Shown here piece by piece: positions 13,501-28,314 of a stretch of 61,011 bases of DNA. The position numbers and the translations under genes are program-made. Positions within the stretch are counted from its first letter, which is position 1; every line of letters starts with the position of its first letter. The stretch is from Trichinella spiralis (Eukaryota), in NCBI RefSeq assembly GCF_000181795.1, contig NW_003526943.1, positions 3,216,707 through 3,277,717 of the forward strand, given 5' to 3'. Below the pieces are notes generated by a model that was not told the origin of the DNA, did no database searches, and saw nothing but the letters and a program-made list of their open reading frames with translations.

Positions 13501-13720
13501 GTCCATGGCCTCGGATCCGGTGTCACCAGTTTTAGCTGACAAGCATTTAATAGCAGTAAACCGTCGTTTAGAGATTGTTTTGTTCAAATTAGCCGAATGC
13601 ATTATCCAAGCTGGTGGCAATCACAGGCAAGTTATTCTTTCACGATTATTCAACAACAACAATGGTTTTATTCGTCAACAACAACAACAACAACAACAAC
13701 AACAGCCTGTTACGAAATAG
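10575..13720 (+). CDS. FAM20 family secretory-pathway kinase (FAM20C-like)
   Basis: Exons 10575-10882, 12165-12380, 12434-12526, 12606-12718, 12788-12938, 12995-13143, 13219-13303, 13366-13720. N-terminal signal anchor, [55 protein letters not shown]-terminal polyQ. Confidence 0.94.
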
Positions 13721-14837
13721 CAAGCTTAAATAAATAATTTTACAAATAAGCTTCTTTTCCAGTTAGGCATTTTTTACGGTATTCAAAATTCGAAACATTT
13801 TTGTTAACATAATACTGTTGATTTTTTGTTTGTTATTTTTCGCTTTGAATTATTAATTAGCTTCTTTCACTGACTTTGTTTGTTGAAATAAAACAAATTC
13901 CATCATTTTATCTTTTGCAACAGAAACATACAGCGTTTATTTACAGAAGAATAATGAATGAATGGATTATTTCACACTGATAAAACAATAATCGATTTTT
14001 CCAACAAATTTAAATGTTGGAAAAAAAAATATATATATAAAGACAGATTGATTTACGGTAATATATCTCTCTCCCCTGTCTTTATTACTAAAATATCCAA
14101 CTTTTGTAAAATTACTTTTTTCACATATTTTTCATGACATAACATTCAACAATAAAGTGCGCAATCATATAAATAATATCTAGCCAAATTATTTTCAATA
14201 TGTGCTCTTATCCATCGACTGAATCGAATATGTTATATTTTTTTAAAACGCTTCGACTTTTATGAACAAAAATATCGCAGTAACAACAACAACAACAAAC
14301 TCGAAATATTGAAGATTAAAAATGCATATTTATTTATCTATTCATAACGCAACGATAATTAATTACGAAAAAATTTTAAACTACATATTAAATACTAAAT
14401 ATTGTTATAAATATATATAGTATGCATATAATATGCATTAAAAAAACTATTATACCTCTTAAATAAAAAAAGAACACACATCATCAATTCCCTCACTGTC
14501 AATTCAATTGAATTCATTGAACAGTTCAATTAATTTAAACAACAAACTGATCAACTTGCAATTTTACTTAGTCTTCTATTCTGGGGTCGTTGCAACCGCA
14601 GACAAGTAAATTAATAAACGTGCAATCAAGAAAAAATGTCAAAAAAAATGACAACCATTGCCAAACAAATATTTTCCAGTGCAAATAAAACAATTCCATA
14701 TAAAAATTACTAAAGTTAAAAAAAAATAATATTAATAATAATAATAACATATAGAAAAAAAACATACAGCGTAAACAACCAAATGATGCATTGTATATAT
14801 ATATATAATGCTGCTGCTATTGGAATTCATTGCATCA

Positions 14838-17800
14838 TCATGCTCTTCGTTTTTTACGCCGCGCTATTATCATCGGTCTTTTTGAAACACTACTGCCCAT
14901 GTCAGATGCACCGGCAAACGGAGTACTTAGAAAAAAAAAGAAGTTTTTTTTTCAATAAAATTACCATCATTGATAAACATATCACACAATATCTTACCCA
15001 ATCTGAGGTTGAGCTGATGTTCCAACGCCAGCACCAACAACAGACGGAGGAGCAGTTGAAAAATTAAATGTCGGAGTCATTGAAGCAGCTATATTGGAAC
15101 CAAATGCTATAAATATTTTAAAAGAAAAACATCCATTTTCATCACAAGTAATTTGTGTTTGCTATTTAAAAAAAAATAAAAAAAAATAATAATACCTGGT
15201 GTGGATGATGGAATTTGAAAATTGAAGCCAGAATTATTCATAGGTGCTAAAAGCAGACGACAACAACAACAACAAACAGAACAATTAAAATTTAAATAAA
15301 TAATACTTGTATACTTGACTTGTGAAACATGCTATAGAATAACGTACTTTGAGAAGCAGCGGCTGCTGATGCGGCGTTTGCAGAAAATGAAAAAAAAGGA
15401 GTACCGGCACTGCTAGTTGAAGAAGTTGTTACTACAGTTGGAAATCCGAAATTGAATGTTGCCGCCGCCGCCGCCCCTGCTGGTGTTGTCGTCGTTGTTG
15501 CCGTTACCGAGGCTTCAGATTTACCTAATATAGCAGAAAAAAAACAATTATACACCAAAATTTTGAAAATGACTACAACGTTCATATACTTACTACTTCC
15601 AAAATTGAAAGCAAATGGAACTGACGTAGGAGTAGGAAAAGAAAATGTTGGAAAAGATGCGGTTTTTGTCGTACTAGCAGTGGTGGTCAAGCAAGGCAAA
15701 GATAATCTTGAATTTGTCGCGATCGATTGTGTCGATAATGTTGGAGTTTTACTGGAAAATGCTAAAATGAAAATTATTATTTTTTATTTTTTTAAAAAAT
15801 TTAAATTAAAAAAAAAGCATACAAGGAAACGTGAACGGTTTTGCAAATGGAGAAGACTGAGCAGCAGTACTGCCAAAGTTGAAAACAAATGAACTACTAG
15901 TACTACTGCTGCTGCTGCTGCTGCTGATAGTAGTTGTTGCTGGTGTTGTAATAATGCTAGTAGTTGATGGAAAGTTACCAGTGCCAAATGTGAAAATACT
16001 ACCACTAGCCGAAGAAGTCTGGGATGCTAGCACGTTTCCACTGCTCGCTAAAAGAAGAACATCCATTTTTATAATATAATAATTGAAAAATAACTCTTCG
16101 GACAAGAACAAAAGTACCTGGAGTAGTAGAAGAAGATTTTGATGGAGTTGGATCACCAATCGCTGCTCCAAACTGAAATACCGGAAAAGACAACGAAGAA
16201 AGATCCGTTTCAGCTACTTTGAAAGCGTTGGCGATAACATCAGCCGGCGATACTGTTGCACTGGAAATTTTCGTATCTTCCGTACTAGTGACTATAAAGA
16301 GCAAAAATATATTCCTACTCATCTTGTTCTTACAGATGCAACAACAACAACAACAACAACAACAGTATAACGAACTATAGCATATTGGAAATCTATTAAT
16401 TAATTTGCAGTTTAAACCAATATTTTCTAGACCAACCTCCCATTGCCGTATTGTTGTTAAAAGTTGTTTAAAAATTGAAATTATTTTAATATTAATATAA
16501 TTTGCATTAAAAAAAAGTACCCGCAACCGTAGAAGCTTTCTGCTGTCCAAAGTTAAAAGTAAATGACGGTGCAGAAGTGGTCAATTCATCACTGGCGGAA
16601 AATAATGATCTTTTCGCTGTTTCTAAATACAAAAGCCAACGAATAAAAAATAATTAATTCGCATTAAAATAAAAAAACATTTTCAATACTTTTGGCAAAT
16701 ACAGGTTCCGATTCAATACCCAGACGAACTGATGGTAATGTTGAAGTTGCTTTCTGTTCTGAAATAATTTCCTTTTCTGTAGCCGGAGAAGATAATTTGG
16801 AGAAAAGTCCCGTTGTGGGTGAATTAATCGATGATGTGACAATATTCGTCGATTCAACAGTACTAGTAGTAGTAGTAGTAGTAGTGGTGGTAGTAGAAGT
16901 AGGAGGAAGAGTAAGTGTGCCGCATACTTGCAATGATGCAGCGCTGTTTTCAGTCTAAAGTTTGAAAAAATGAAAAAAAAGATATTAAATATTCATAAAT
17001 ATCAAATAAATTTTGAAAAAGTTTATACATTTGTTTTTTTTCAAATAAAATAAATCACAATTGATATTTATATATATACAAAACTGATATTATTAATTAT
17101 TTTACATTTTCATTTCACATCAATTCAACAATAAACAGTTTAAAAAATTAGAATAATGTTTAAAAGAAAAGAACAATCATGAACAAAAAAAAATTAAATA
17201 TAAAAAAGTTGTGGGCAGGCGATTTTCATTGGTTTGAAAAGAAAACTTACGATGGAAAGAACCGATGAATCAGAATTGAATACAGTTTCAGTGTGCAAGG
17301 GTTCGGAAAAATGGACTTTCCTCTTGCATATTTTCCTATTGCCACGTTTCAAAGCACTGCGCAGAACTCGATCAGATGTATTCAACTGCAGTTGTTGTTG
17401 TTGCTGCTGTTGTTGTTCATTGGATTTCGGCTGCGGTTGTCCAAATTTGCATAAATGCTCTTCATCTGCTTGAGTTTCAACAAAATCTGCTTGCCTTTCA
17501 GTTGTACCAAGTGGTGACGGTGGCGGAGACAAATCAGGTGCCTTGAAATGCACTGCAGACGTGTTGGAATCACCACTGCCCTCCCTTGTTCCAACAGATG
17601 TCGAAGAATCATCGACCACAGCTTTGCCATTTTCTGCCACGTCAGTTGATTCGTCTTCTGTTGTAGTAGCGAAATTAATACTTACTGAAAGAACAAAAAA
17701 AGAACATTTTGGCATAAAATGTTAATTATGAATATGCAAAGCGAAACAGAAAACAATTACCAGATTTGAAGACAGATCCCGGCTTGGGTGCATTGCAAGA

Positions 17801-20211
17801 AGAGCAAAAAAGCTGTTCAGCTGCGTTCCCAAGAAAACATATAGTGCAATACCATTCTGAAGAAAAAAAGAAACAAAATATCCACCATTCGATTATTTTT
17901 ATTCTCGATTAACAACATTGTCTGTCCAGAAATTACTTGGTAAATCACTCTTGGTCGACGATGATTCATCTGGAAATTTCTGCACATCACCAGCAGTTTC
18001 ATCATGACTTACAGTAAGCGACTGGCTGTTTCTAAAATGAAAGAAAAAAAAATGGTAAACATGCAAATAATTAGTACATATCCCCCTCTTGTCGCTCGCT
18101 CGCTCCCTGCCCCTCAGAAACGAAAAGCATCCAAAAAAATGATACAGATCATCATCATCATTCACAAACGTACGAAGAAGAAACGTCGGATGTATTTTCT
18201 TTTAAAATTGACCGTGGCATTCTGCACTGCAAACAGTTGTCGAAATTGCCACTGTTCAAAACGCAACAGCCGGTGCATCTCCAACATTTTTCATTTTTCA
18301 TAGAAAATTTACTAGGACGCAATGCAAGACAATTCACACATCGCTTGCTATTTGTATCATCATTGCTCACAAAACAAGCTGGACATTTCCAAGCCGAAGA
18401 AGAAATACCACCTTCGACAGAATCTGAGGAACAACCACAGCGGAAGCAAATCTGACTGATAGGCTTATTTAGAAACAAACATCCCTTGCATGTCCATCCA
18501 CTGAGAACCGAAGTTTGTTCTGAGGCAAATCTGCGTCTATTCCACCACCTTTTCCGAATTGTGCTGTCGAAATTTTTCGTCGTTCTCATCACATTTCTCC
18601 TCACATCAGTAACCGGATCGTAAAAATTAAATTTTTCACACGATGAACACTTTCTACCGGAACCAAAATCCAACAACAAACCACAAATTATACACTTTTC
18701 ACTGGGCTTGAATTTTTTCGTAAAAGAATTCGACGACATCTCACCGCTTCTCTTATTCTCATTCGGCATTTTCAAATTCAATTCACCCTGTACACCGTGC
18801 TTTTCTGAAATACAAACAAACATTATAAAATGGAATTTTATTCACATTTCAATCTTTACCCGACGACAAATTGCCGACAGTTGATTTTTCAGCATTTAAT
18901 GCGGTCGATTTAGGAAGAACTGTCTCTGATGATCTCGGAAACATGCACAAATTACAATACGACAACGCATCAATGTTTCTACCGTTACATGTCATGCATC
19001 TCCAAGTTGCTACATTAGCATTTCAAATCAAAAAAAAATATATATATATAATGTAGAATTTTCAACAAAAGATAAAAGTTACCTCTATTCACCAAATCCG
19101 AACGCCTCTTTTCAAGCTAAACACATATTGCTAGATAACAACATACAAATAAATAAAAAGTACCTTTTTAGTTGGAAACAATCCTCCAGGTACAACAAGA
19201 ACATCAGGTCTGGAAAAATAAAAATGCGTAAGAGTAGCACCATCCCGTACTGCTTGGCTAAGGTTTCTTTCGCAGATTTCGGAAATTTGATCAATCTGAA
19301 ATCCACATAAACGGCTTCGATCAATCTTGAATCCATATGAGAAGTTCAATCTTGTATCCACAGTTTGCTATAAATTCAAATCCATAATACAAATGTATAC
19401 AATTCAACAATATCACGTAAATATAGGTTACTGTCTCATGCTTTGGAAGTCGTGACTGCACTTTTTCTACCCTAACTGGTTGTTGTTCTCTAAAATTAAA
19501 AATTATATTTTTTTCTTTGAAATTCTTGGAATAACTTCATTTTTACAAATTTATTGAAGCATCACTACTTAAAGTAGAAATATCTTCACTCTGACTGCTC
19601 AGCTCTTTGCTAATCTACAAATACAAGCATAATGCAGATTCATATACCAACGGTGAAATGTAATTACTACCTCTTCAGTAGATGGTCGCTTTGAGGAAAC
19701 AGTTATTCGTCGACATATGTCATAATGATTGATTAGTATCTTTCGGGGATCCTATTCAACAAATTAAATTTCATTTAACCCCAGCATTCTAATCGATAAC
19801 ATCTCATTTCGATACTTTGTAAAGATAAAAGATAACAAATGTAATTTAAAAACAAAATGAAATATTTTTTCAACTCTAATTCAAAATAATTAAAATTCAT
19901 ATCTATCATCTGAAGAAAAAATACCAATTTAAAACATAAAACCATACTATTCACATAAACAACAGAAATTGTTCAACAATATTAGAAACTTTACTTTAAG
20001 ACGCAACTTTACGCCATTCTAAACAAAAGACATTACGAAAACTAATTGAAAATATCCTAAATGTTCTAATAGCTGTCATCAATGTTTCACAGCATTTACT
20101 CACTTTAATTTTTGAGCTCAAAGATCCTTCTGATGAAGGAGAAAGTTTAGAACGTTTTTTAAACGTTATAGAGTTGTCATTGTCCAGTCGTCTCTTCCCA
20201 CAGGCATCCAT
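14838..20211 (-). CDS. Nucleoporin Nup153/NPP-7-like, multi-exon
   Basis: About five RanBP2-type Zn fingers (WRCMTC, WTCKGC, WKCPAC, WRCTGC, WYCTIC), Ser/Thr-rich FxFG repeats (FTFG, FNFG, FQFG), and a basic C-terminus RPMIIARRKKRRA* with TGA at 14838-14840. The start at 20211 and some internal exons are tentative. Confidence 0.85.
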
Positions 20212-20684
20212 AAATCATACTCTCTAGTGCAAATCTAAATATGACAACTTTTCTATTAATAAACCAACATGTCACCCAAACAAACGCCACGAAACGAATA
20301 AGCAACACATTCCAGCTTACGTAGTATCTACGAATAAGAATTGTATAAAGCAAAAGATAAAGTTCAAAAATTATACACTATATTCGAAAATTGTTTATAT
20401 TTTAACACTTAAGTATATCAACAAAAAAATTTTACAAGTCCACTTTATTCACATACGCTGATTTAAGTAACTAAAACAACATTATACTGTAAATTTTAAT
20501 AGTAATAAAGTACATATTTCATACTATACTACGTTCACATCAAACGCTTTATTTTTTCTAATACAAATAATTACAAATAAATATACCATCATACATCACA
20601 GGAATCAGATATAACGACATTAAATGGGGAAAATATCGTGTCAATTGAAAAAAGACGTTTGAAATTTATGCTAATTTATTTCTT

Positions 20685-23600
20685 TTATTGGATAGCAACT
20701 GGAGGCAATATAGATACTGTGTTGATGTTTGAAATTCTTATATTGCTCATTTCCTCTGTTTTTTCTGGAAACACTCGATTATGCAAGCATTTGTGAGTTA
20801 TAAATTGCCACAAAAATCTTCCCATTGAGAATGTTATTCCAATAGACATGAATATTATTACTCCCATGATATCCATTATGGACATTCCGGTAATCGTTGC
20901 ATAACTGGAACAGTCTTTTTTGTTTGGATTGTCATCCATCCATTTTTTCTTCAACTGAAGCATCTTTTGTTGATTTACCAACTCAAGTATTCTGTAACAT
21001 TTAATAAAAATATGAGTTGGTAATATTAAAAAACGTGATATTTGTAATTACTTGACAATTTTGATGATATCACTGTAAAAAATTATTTTTCAATATTTTC
21101 ACATATTAATGTTCAAAAAATAATTTAGAGAAATCAATTTTTAAGAATAATTTTGACAGTATTATTATAAAATAAATAAATGAATTAATAAAATTAATAA
21201 ACAGATGTTAATAATATTATTCCTAGAAAAGATAATGAATTTTTATTTGTAACAGCTGAGCAGTTCATAGTAAATAACTGACTTGTAATTAATTATATAA
21301 CCAATATAATATTTAATATTCAGTTCAATGAAAAGCGCAAAATTAGTTAATCTTTGCAAACAAATACACAACAGAATGTCACTATTTATAAATATTGCAT
21401 TACCCTTTACTCAAATTCATTCTCAATGATGATCCTTCTTGCACTGCTATAACATTTGGAAGCAGATTAAGATTTAGAGGAACTACTTCTAATTCGCAGT
21501 GCAATAATGCTTCATATTCAAAGACAGACTGTTGTCCTATAACAAAACAAAAAATGAAGGAATATATTTATAAAATACAAACAAAATTTTATTTGAATTC
21601 AATTTTTAAAACATTCACATTTTATAAAAAATCAATTTTAAATTAATAAAGCAAAAATTTATTGTTTTACATAAAAAGTTAAAAAATAAAATTATAATAT
21701 ATGCATTTACCAATCAATGCAAATCTTTCGTTGAGGAAATTAGTTTCAAGTACACGTCTCACTCCCGAAGCAACATCCAATGGCTGACCAACTTCTTTTA
21801 TTAATCGTAACATTTCAGTGAATTTATCCTTCATTGGATAGTCCCAATTTGATAAGGATACTCTTTGAATTGGCGTCAACTTTTTGCTTTTTACGGCCAC
21901 TTTCCATTTTCTAAAAACAAACAATTTAAAAACTATTTAAACAAAATTAAAAAAAAATTTACTCATAAAAATTGGCTTCGATATCAGCCTGACGTTGGAT
22001 GTAAGCTTCGGCTGCTGAATGCAATACTGTAGAATACCTTATACGACTCTGTTCCAATAAATCCTCCAAACTTGTAACTGTAGTCACAACTCTAGTAGCA
22101 CTAAACATTGCGGCTAAATTAGCTGTATATGAAGCAGATATGATGAAACAGAAGAACCACCATGAAGCAACCACAATTCGTCCACTCATGCTTTTTGGAA
22201 TTTGTCCACCTCCTGAATTAGTTTAAATTTCAATATTTACGAGCAACTTTTTTAAAGTAAAATGTTTGTTTTTAAAAAGTGAACTATTTATATCATTTAA
22301 ATAAATTATTCGTGTATTCAAAATTAGTTATCTTTGTCATAAAGTCAAAATAAAAAAAGAGCTGATTATTATAGAAATTTGAATAATAATAAAAAAAAAT
22401 AAGATTTCACCTTGTGGTGTGAATGATCTTAAACAAAACCATAAACTTTCTTTATAAGTAAAAATACAATTGTCTGGATCATCTTCTCCATAATTGGATC
22501 TATTGTTACGATAACTGAAAGGGCTGCATCGGTCTATTACAGTCAAAACGGCGCTCATGATTAAAATTGCAAGACAAGTACAAATCCAAACAGGCCATTC
22601 CATCAAAGTTACAGAATTGAATACTGTAACATTGTAGTCTTGTTTCAAAAGCAACAATGCTAATCCAGTTCTTTCATAAAATGGATAAGTAAAATCTATT
22701 ACATCCTCATTTTCTGGAGTTGATACGAAAGTCATCAATCCTATGTTTGCATTCTAAAATTGGTCATTTTCAAGTTCTTATTTAAATACTTATTTGAGTT
22801 TAAAAAACAAATTTCTCTCCTTAAAAACATACCCAAATTATGAAGTTAAAAAAAACTTTTAATTTAATATTTGTCAAGAGACCATTTACAACATTGCTGA
22901 ATTTTGAATTTATTGAAAATTTAATAAGAAAAAATAACTACTTACTCCAATTATTAATTCACCTGCAATACCATCCCATCTGCCAATTGCATTGTATACA
23001 CCCACAGATTCTAAAATTTCTGAAATTTCATACGTAAAGTTGCATGACTTTGAAAGTATCTCCAATAAATCAATGCATAAGCCGCGGAGTTTAAGCGGAC
23101 CACCTGGGTACTCACTGTATTCTTCAATAAAAGGAGGTAGCTAAAATATTTTTTACTTTCCTTAAAACTTATCACAAATCTTTTAAGAATTACAACTTAC
23201 AACAGATGTCGCCACTCTGAAATGCCTCACTTTTGTTGCTTCCAAAGAAAATCCAAATTTATTCACGTATCTTATTCCTCTTGACATTGTCCAATTTCCT
23301 ACCTGAAACTATCATCTAAAAAGCAAATAAAGGTAACAACAACAAATACTTCACACCAAATATATATCTTTATCTTCATGATTTGCTTCAATTCTGTAAG
23401 TGTTAAGAACAATATCCTGAGCAAAAACAGATTTTTCAAATGCTATATAAGAACCATATGTGCAATACCATTTGCACTAAATAAATATCTATGCAATGTG
23501 CGTGCCATTTAGCTAAAATTTAGACTACCTCATTTTTGAATTGTCGGTAATGTTGACTTTGTTCTACAAAACAATTCACAGTTGTATCACTGAACGTAGA

Positions 23601-26600
23601 GTTTTCTTTCCATTGATTAAACTGTGCCAATATGAGAGTTGATAAATCCATGAAAAATGAAATTTTAACCTGAAATTTAATTTTAACAGTCATTTTAATT
23701 GAAAATATATGATAATCACATTCATGCCTCATTTCCAATCTTATACATTGGTTCGTTGAAATTATTCTTCATTGCCCATTCCATAAATCTGTCAATAATT
23801 TGAAATGCATCCGTGGTAAATGGTCGTGTTAATAACATTCTTGCGTGCTTAAATTGTTGGTTGTATTGTCTGGTATCCTAAAATAATTAATGACATTTAT
23901 TTTACCTTATAACTAACAGTTTCTTCCATCATTGTAATTTAAACGTAAATTTACATTCCAGGTAAAATTTACATTGTAAAACTTTGTACTTTTTAAAATT
24001 ACATGAAAGTATAAAACAAGTAGGTTCACTACCATAGTAAAGACTATTAAATTAACGTAGCCGAATAAGACACATTTTTCTAATCGAGCGGCATATTTTT
24101 CTACTGTACCAACATTGCAGATCATAATGAATGTCCGCACAGTAATGTTTTCGTTAGGTCCAGAACACATTGGCATCCACTGTGAATCTGTTTCTGGCGA
24201 CAGTTTTATTGCAGTAAAATTTCCAGTTCTTGATGGTTGTAATGAGTGGGCAACAGTATAATACTCTAAATTATATAACATTTCTTGTTAATGTATTTTG
24301 CATATGCATTAAACTATCATAAATGTGCATTAGCTGAATTTTACTGCATGCAATGCTTTTACCGCATTAGCATTTTCTCATAAAATATTCATTTACATTT
24401 CAGTACATATTAGATAGGGCATGCTTTGCCCAACATATCATATTTATCTAAAGAGTACTAGAATCCTTTGAACTGTTCAACAAAATTATTATTATATGTA
24501 GCTTAAGAACTGATAAATAATGCAGTGACATGACTAATAGAGTCATCATGAGCGTTTATTCATTCATCTCTCTTATTACAACAACAATAAAAACTACTTT
24601 TTTAGCTGCTTAGTATGCTGTCTTGAGCTTAATTGCTCGCATATTATTCCGATTTTATTATTTAAATATGAATAAATAACAAATTATGAATTACAATAGA
24701 GCATAAATAAAGATCAAAAATTCATTATGTGTAAAAACGTTTAACTTTTTGTAATTAATTGAGCAGATAAATGTAACGTTTGCTTTTCAAAACTCAGACC
24801 TTTCAAAAACATTTAAATTTTTAATAAAATTTCATAACATTTACCGTGGTCTTCGTCATATAAAATAGTAAAGGATGAAACCCGCTCTCTTTTCCAAAAT
24901 GATTTCAAAAATCCCATAGCTACTATCCACGGTGGAACAAGAGTAACAAAATCTGATGGATCCTCGAATTGCTCTGAAAAAAAATTATAATTTTAATTAA
25001 AAATATTTTTTATATCCATTATCAAAAAAATAAATAATAGTTCATTTACTGTATGATTTAAATTTTCGTTATTAGAAATTTATATTTGTAAAATTAGTAC
25101 ATTTTAAAATAAAGTCTCATGTAATGTAAAAAACGTCTTAAAAATTAAATTCCAAAAAATGTCCTCAGACCTGTCTCTGATGATGAATAGGACCAAGATT
25201 CCAAATAAAGCTGCACAACTGGTATGCCATTTGTCACAGACAACGATCTCAGTTGGCTTATAATATCCTTATTGATTGAAAAGTTGATAAATATTATAGG
25301 GGCATCGATGCTTTCATTGTACTTGACTAAATTAATGTTAAAGTTATTTATTTTTATTTAAATTTGGAGTTAAATTGCAATTAACAATGCACTAAGGAAA
25401 ATTGTTGATAAATGATCATAATATTACAATTTAAATAATAAAAAATCATCGAATAAAATATATTATTTAAAACAAATATAGATGCAGAGTGTTACTTTTA
25501 TGAAACATTAAGTAATTAATTATGAATGAAAAATGCAACAGATATGACTAATGTTACTTTTATCTTTATTTTAACAGTTCATGAATAAGCAGTAATAGAG
25601 TTTTCAGAACTTACCATCATTAGAAACTTCTATTTTTATGTCAAATTTTTTATCTGTAGGATATCCTACAGAATGCTGGTACATGAAAATGGTTTGAAAT
25701 AGAGTGATGAGTTTGCTGAGGCTGGCATCTTCCTCATTTTCATCATATATTATACCTAAAGATTTTTAAAATGTTGATTTCACAATTAAATTTTTCTCTT
25801 GTTTCCACTAACTGAACTCTGCCTATTTTTGCAATTGAAGTTTATTGGCTACCGTGCTGATGCGTTATTTTAGTTTCTGTTGGTTATATATTCTTTCCCC
25901 ATTGCCAATCAGTTTTTCTACCTTATATAAGTTGTCAAAAGATTCATATTTTTTGAAATAAATATAATTATTTAATAAAATTTCATCAAAGTTGACTAAA
26001 ATGAAGGATTTAGGAAAGTTGCAAACTGAGGTCAGTGGAATAATCAGTTATAATTGACTTTAAAACAAATTTCAGACTTAGTTCTATAAAATAGCAAATG
26101 AATGCTTTTTCTTTAAATTAATAATTTCAGATTTTTCATTTTGCTATAGAAAATTAAATTTTCTGATTGATATAAAAGTAAGATGGTGCTCTCACAGACG
26201 CAACGCAACGCAACACTAGGGAACGCCAAACAAACTAATAAAAGTTTTTCAGATGTTGAGCAGTACGTAGAACAAGGTTGGTAAATAAGCTTAAAGGTAA
26301 TTATAAGTTACAGAAATTTTTTAGGCTTCACCAGACGCAGAAATATCAACATTAGCATTAAAAAATTAAATCAACTAATTTTACTAATATTGAGTGCATT
26401 CACTTACAACAAAAAATAGTATTTTAGAAAAATTGATATTCTTCATTATATTTGCATTTAATACTTAATGTAAAGCAGAATAAACTAATTAATATTTGAG
26501 GAAAAAAAAGTTAACCCATTACTGCTTAAATGAAACGCTGAGCTTTCATGCTAACCACATGGAACTAGTAAACAATAGGCAGAGTACGTTAGGAAAAATG

Positions 26601-26992
26601 AGAGCCCCTGTTTTTTATTATTCAGGAAAGACAATAAAATTACTAACATTATTAAAAATATGTTATAATGTTCGTTTCATATTGAAAAACCAAATTAAAT
26701 GTGCAAAATTTTGAATTGTGCATTCAGTGTGATAAAACTGTATAGCAGTAAAGTATTTCACACAAAAAATTTAGATATAATATAAAAGCATTTAATTTAA
26801 ATATCATTGCAATAAATGAAATATTGCATTAGTAATAGTCATAATGATTATAAGAATTACTGCTTATTATAAAGTATGCATACTTATCCGGAAAGTTTCT
26901 GTTGCACTGCATGTAAAAATTGAAAACAAGCAAAGCACAAATAATTTCTTTGTATAATGATTTCCATTTAGCAAAAGCTTACTAACCAACAT
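20685..26992 (-). CDS. Ionotropic receptor, IR25a/IR8a/GLR-7-like, paralogue 1
   Basis: About 14 exons. Signal exon 26992-26884 (MLVSK...SATETFRI) splices in phase to 25755. Motifs [49 protein letters not shown], the IR25a-type S2 insert ending [12 protein letters not shown], and M4 [11 protein letters not shown]. Confidence 0.88.
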
Positions 26993-27439
26993 CTTATTTC
27001 AAGAAACTAATAGCAGTTGCTGCAAGAACTATAAAAAGTAATTTTAATTCCAACAAAGCCATATTTGTTTTCACTTACTGAAAATTTGTACAAATGCTTT
27101 CAAAAAATCCATAAATTTTTGTTCAGATGAATAAGTGTCTCCCTTGCAAAATAATATATTTTTAAAAAGATCTGCTATTATCATTTTTGTGTCTGTTAAC
27201 TTGCCTTCCGTGTTTGAATAAGTGCAAGTATTCTTTGTCTTATGACTAATTTAATAATTTAGTACACTTAACACGTATGTATATCTATGTGTTTGTATTT
27301 CATAAAATCAATGTATAGTTTCAATTCATTAAAAATAGAATACTTTGAAAGATAATTCAATAAACTAGCTGCAGCGTCACATTACGTCCACTTTAAGTAG
27401 AAATTATTGCTTTTTCATATAATAAAGCAATGAAAAAGC

Positions 27440-28115
27440 AATGAACAGTTTGCTTTCCCATACTGAGCAACAACAGTATGGAACACTGTCTGCGGTGAAG
27501 GATGATTTTTCTGTGACAATGACAGAAACCCTACCATTGAATACGCAGATGAAAGAGAATTTCTTACCAGAAGAATTTTATAGATAGTTAAAATAACATA
27601 AATTGCGATACATTGCCAGTAGATGCGCTTCTTAGGTCAGAAGGCACTTAAAGAGCCATACTGTAAAGAACTGAAAACTCTTCATAGTAAAGCTAGTGTT
27701 TCTCATGCGATTGAATCAAAGTCTTCAAAAAGTCCAACTGCTGATGCTGTTGTGCATTAAATGAGGGTCAGAAGCTGCACTAACGTCTTACATATTGGGA
27801 TACGGTACGTAAAATGCATGGTCCAAGGTAAGCTGGATGTAGTCAAAAATTAAATTAAGTACCACGATCTACATGGTGCAGCAAACTAAAGTGGCCTAGA
27901 AACAGAAGCCAAAAAAAATATTATGCATGAGTAGATTAAAGGTCAATGCAAAAAAAGATGGACAATGCGATAAATTGATGCAACAGTAGCAAGTATGGAT
28001 GCCACTTTATTAAGAATTATTCACCTGGTAAAGGAATGAGTACAGTTAATAAAAATTTTTTATGGAGTCGTCCAGAGTCGATATTGATTTGATGGAGCTA
28101 ACAGTAGCAATAACT
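27440..28115 (+). mobile_element. Degenerate, internally deleted RTE-clade (BovB-like) non-LTR retrotransposon
   Basis: 27794-27900 reads IGIRYVKCMVQGKLDVVKN*...SKLKWPR, compared with BovB IGTWNVRSMNQGKLEVVKQ...SELKWTG. It is joined directly to NIMHE*IKGQCKKRWTMR*IDATVASMD...FYGVVQSRY*FDG, compared with the BovB ORF end TLMLGKIEGRRRRGRQRMRWLDGITDSMD...VHGVAKSRTRL. The 5' boundary is approximate. Confidence 0.75.
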
Positions 28116-28314
28116 TTGCTTAAGAAACAATACTTCATCATAGATCAGAGCAATCCATGTAAAAAAGAGAACTAAAAACAAAATATAAATAGAAAATTAA
28201 GCTGTAATTAATGATACATTTATGAGTTATCCATATTTTTATTATTAAAGTATAATTTTTCATTTCTTGAATTCTATTAGATAAAACTGACTATTTTCAA
28301 ACTTTATGATATAA

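Noticed and set aside
15452..18455. Plus-strand hydrophobic or poly-Cys ORFs
   Set aside because: Antisense readings of Ser/Thr/Gln-rich Nup153 exons and microsatellites.
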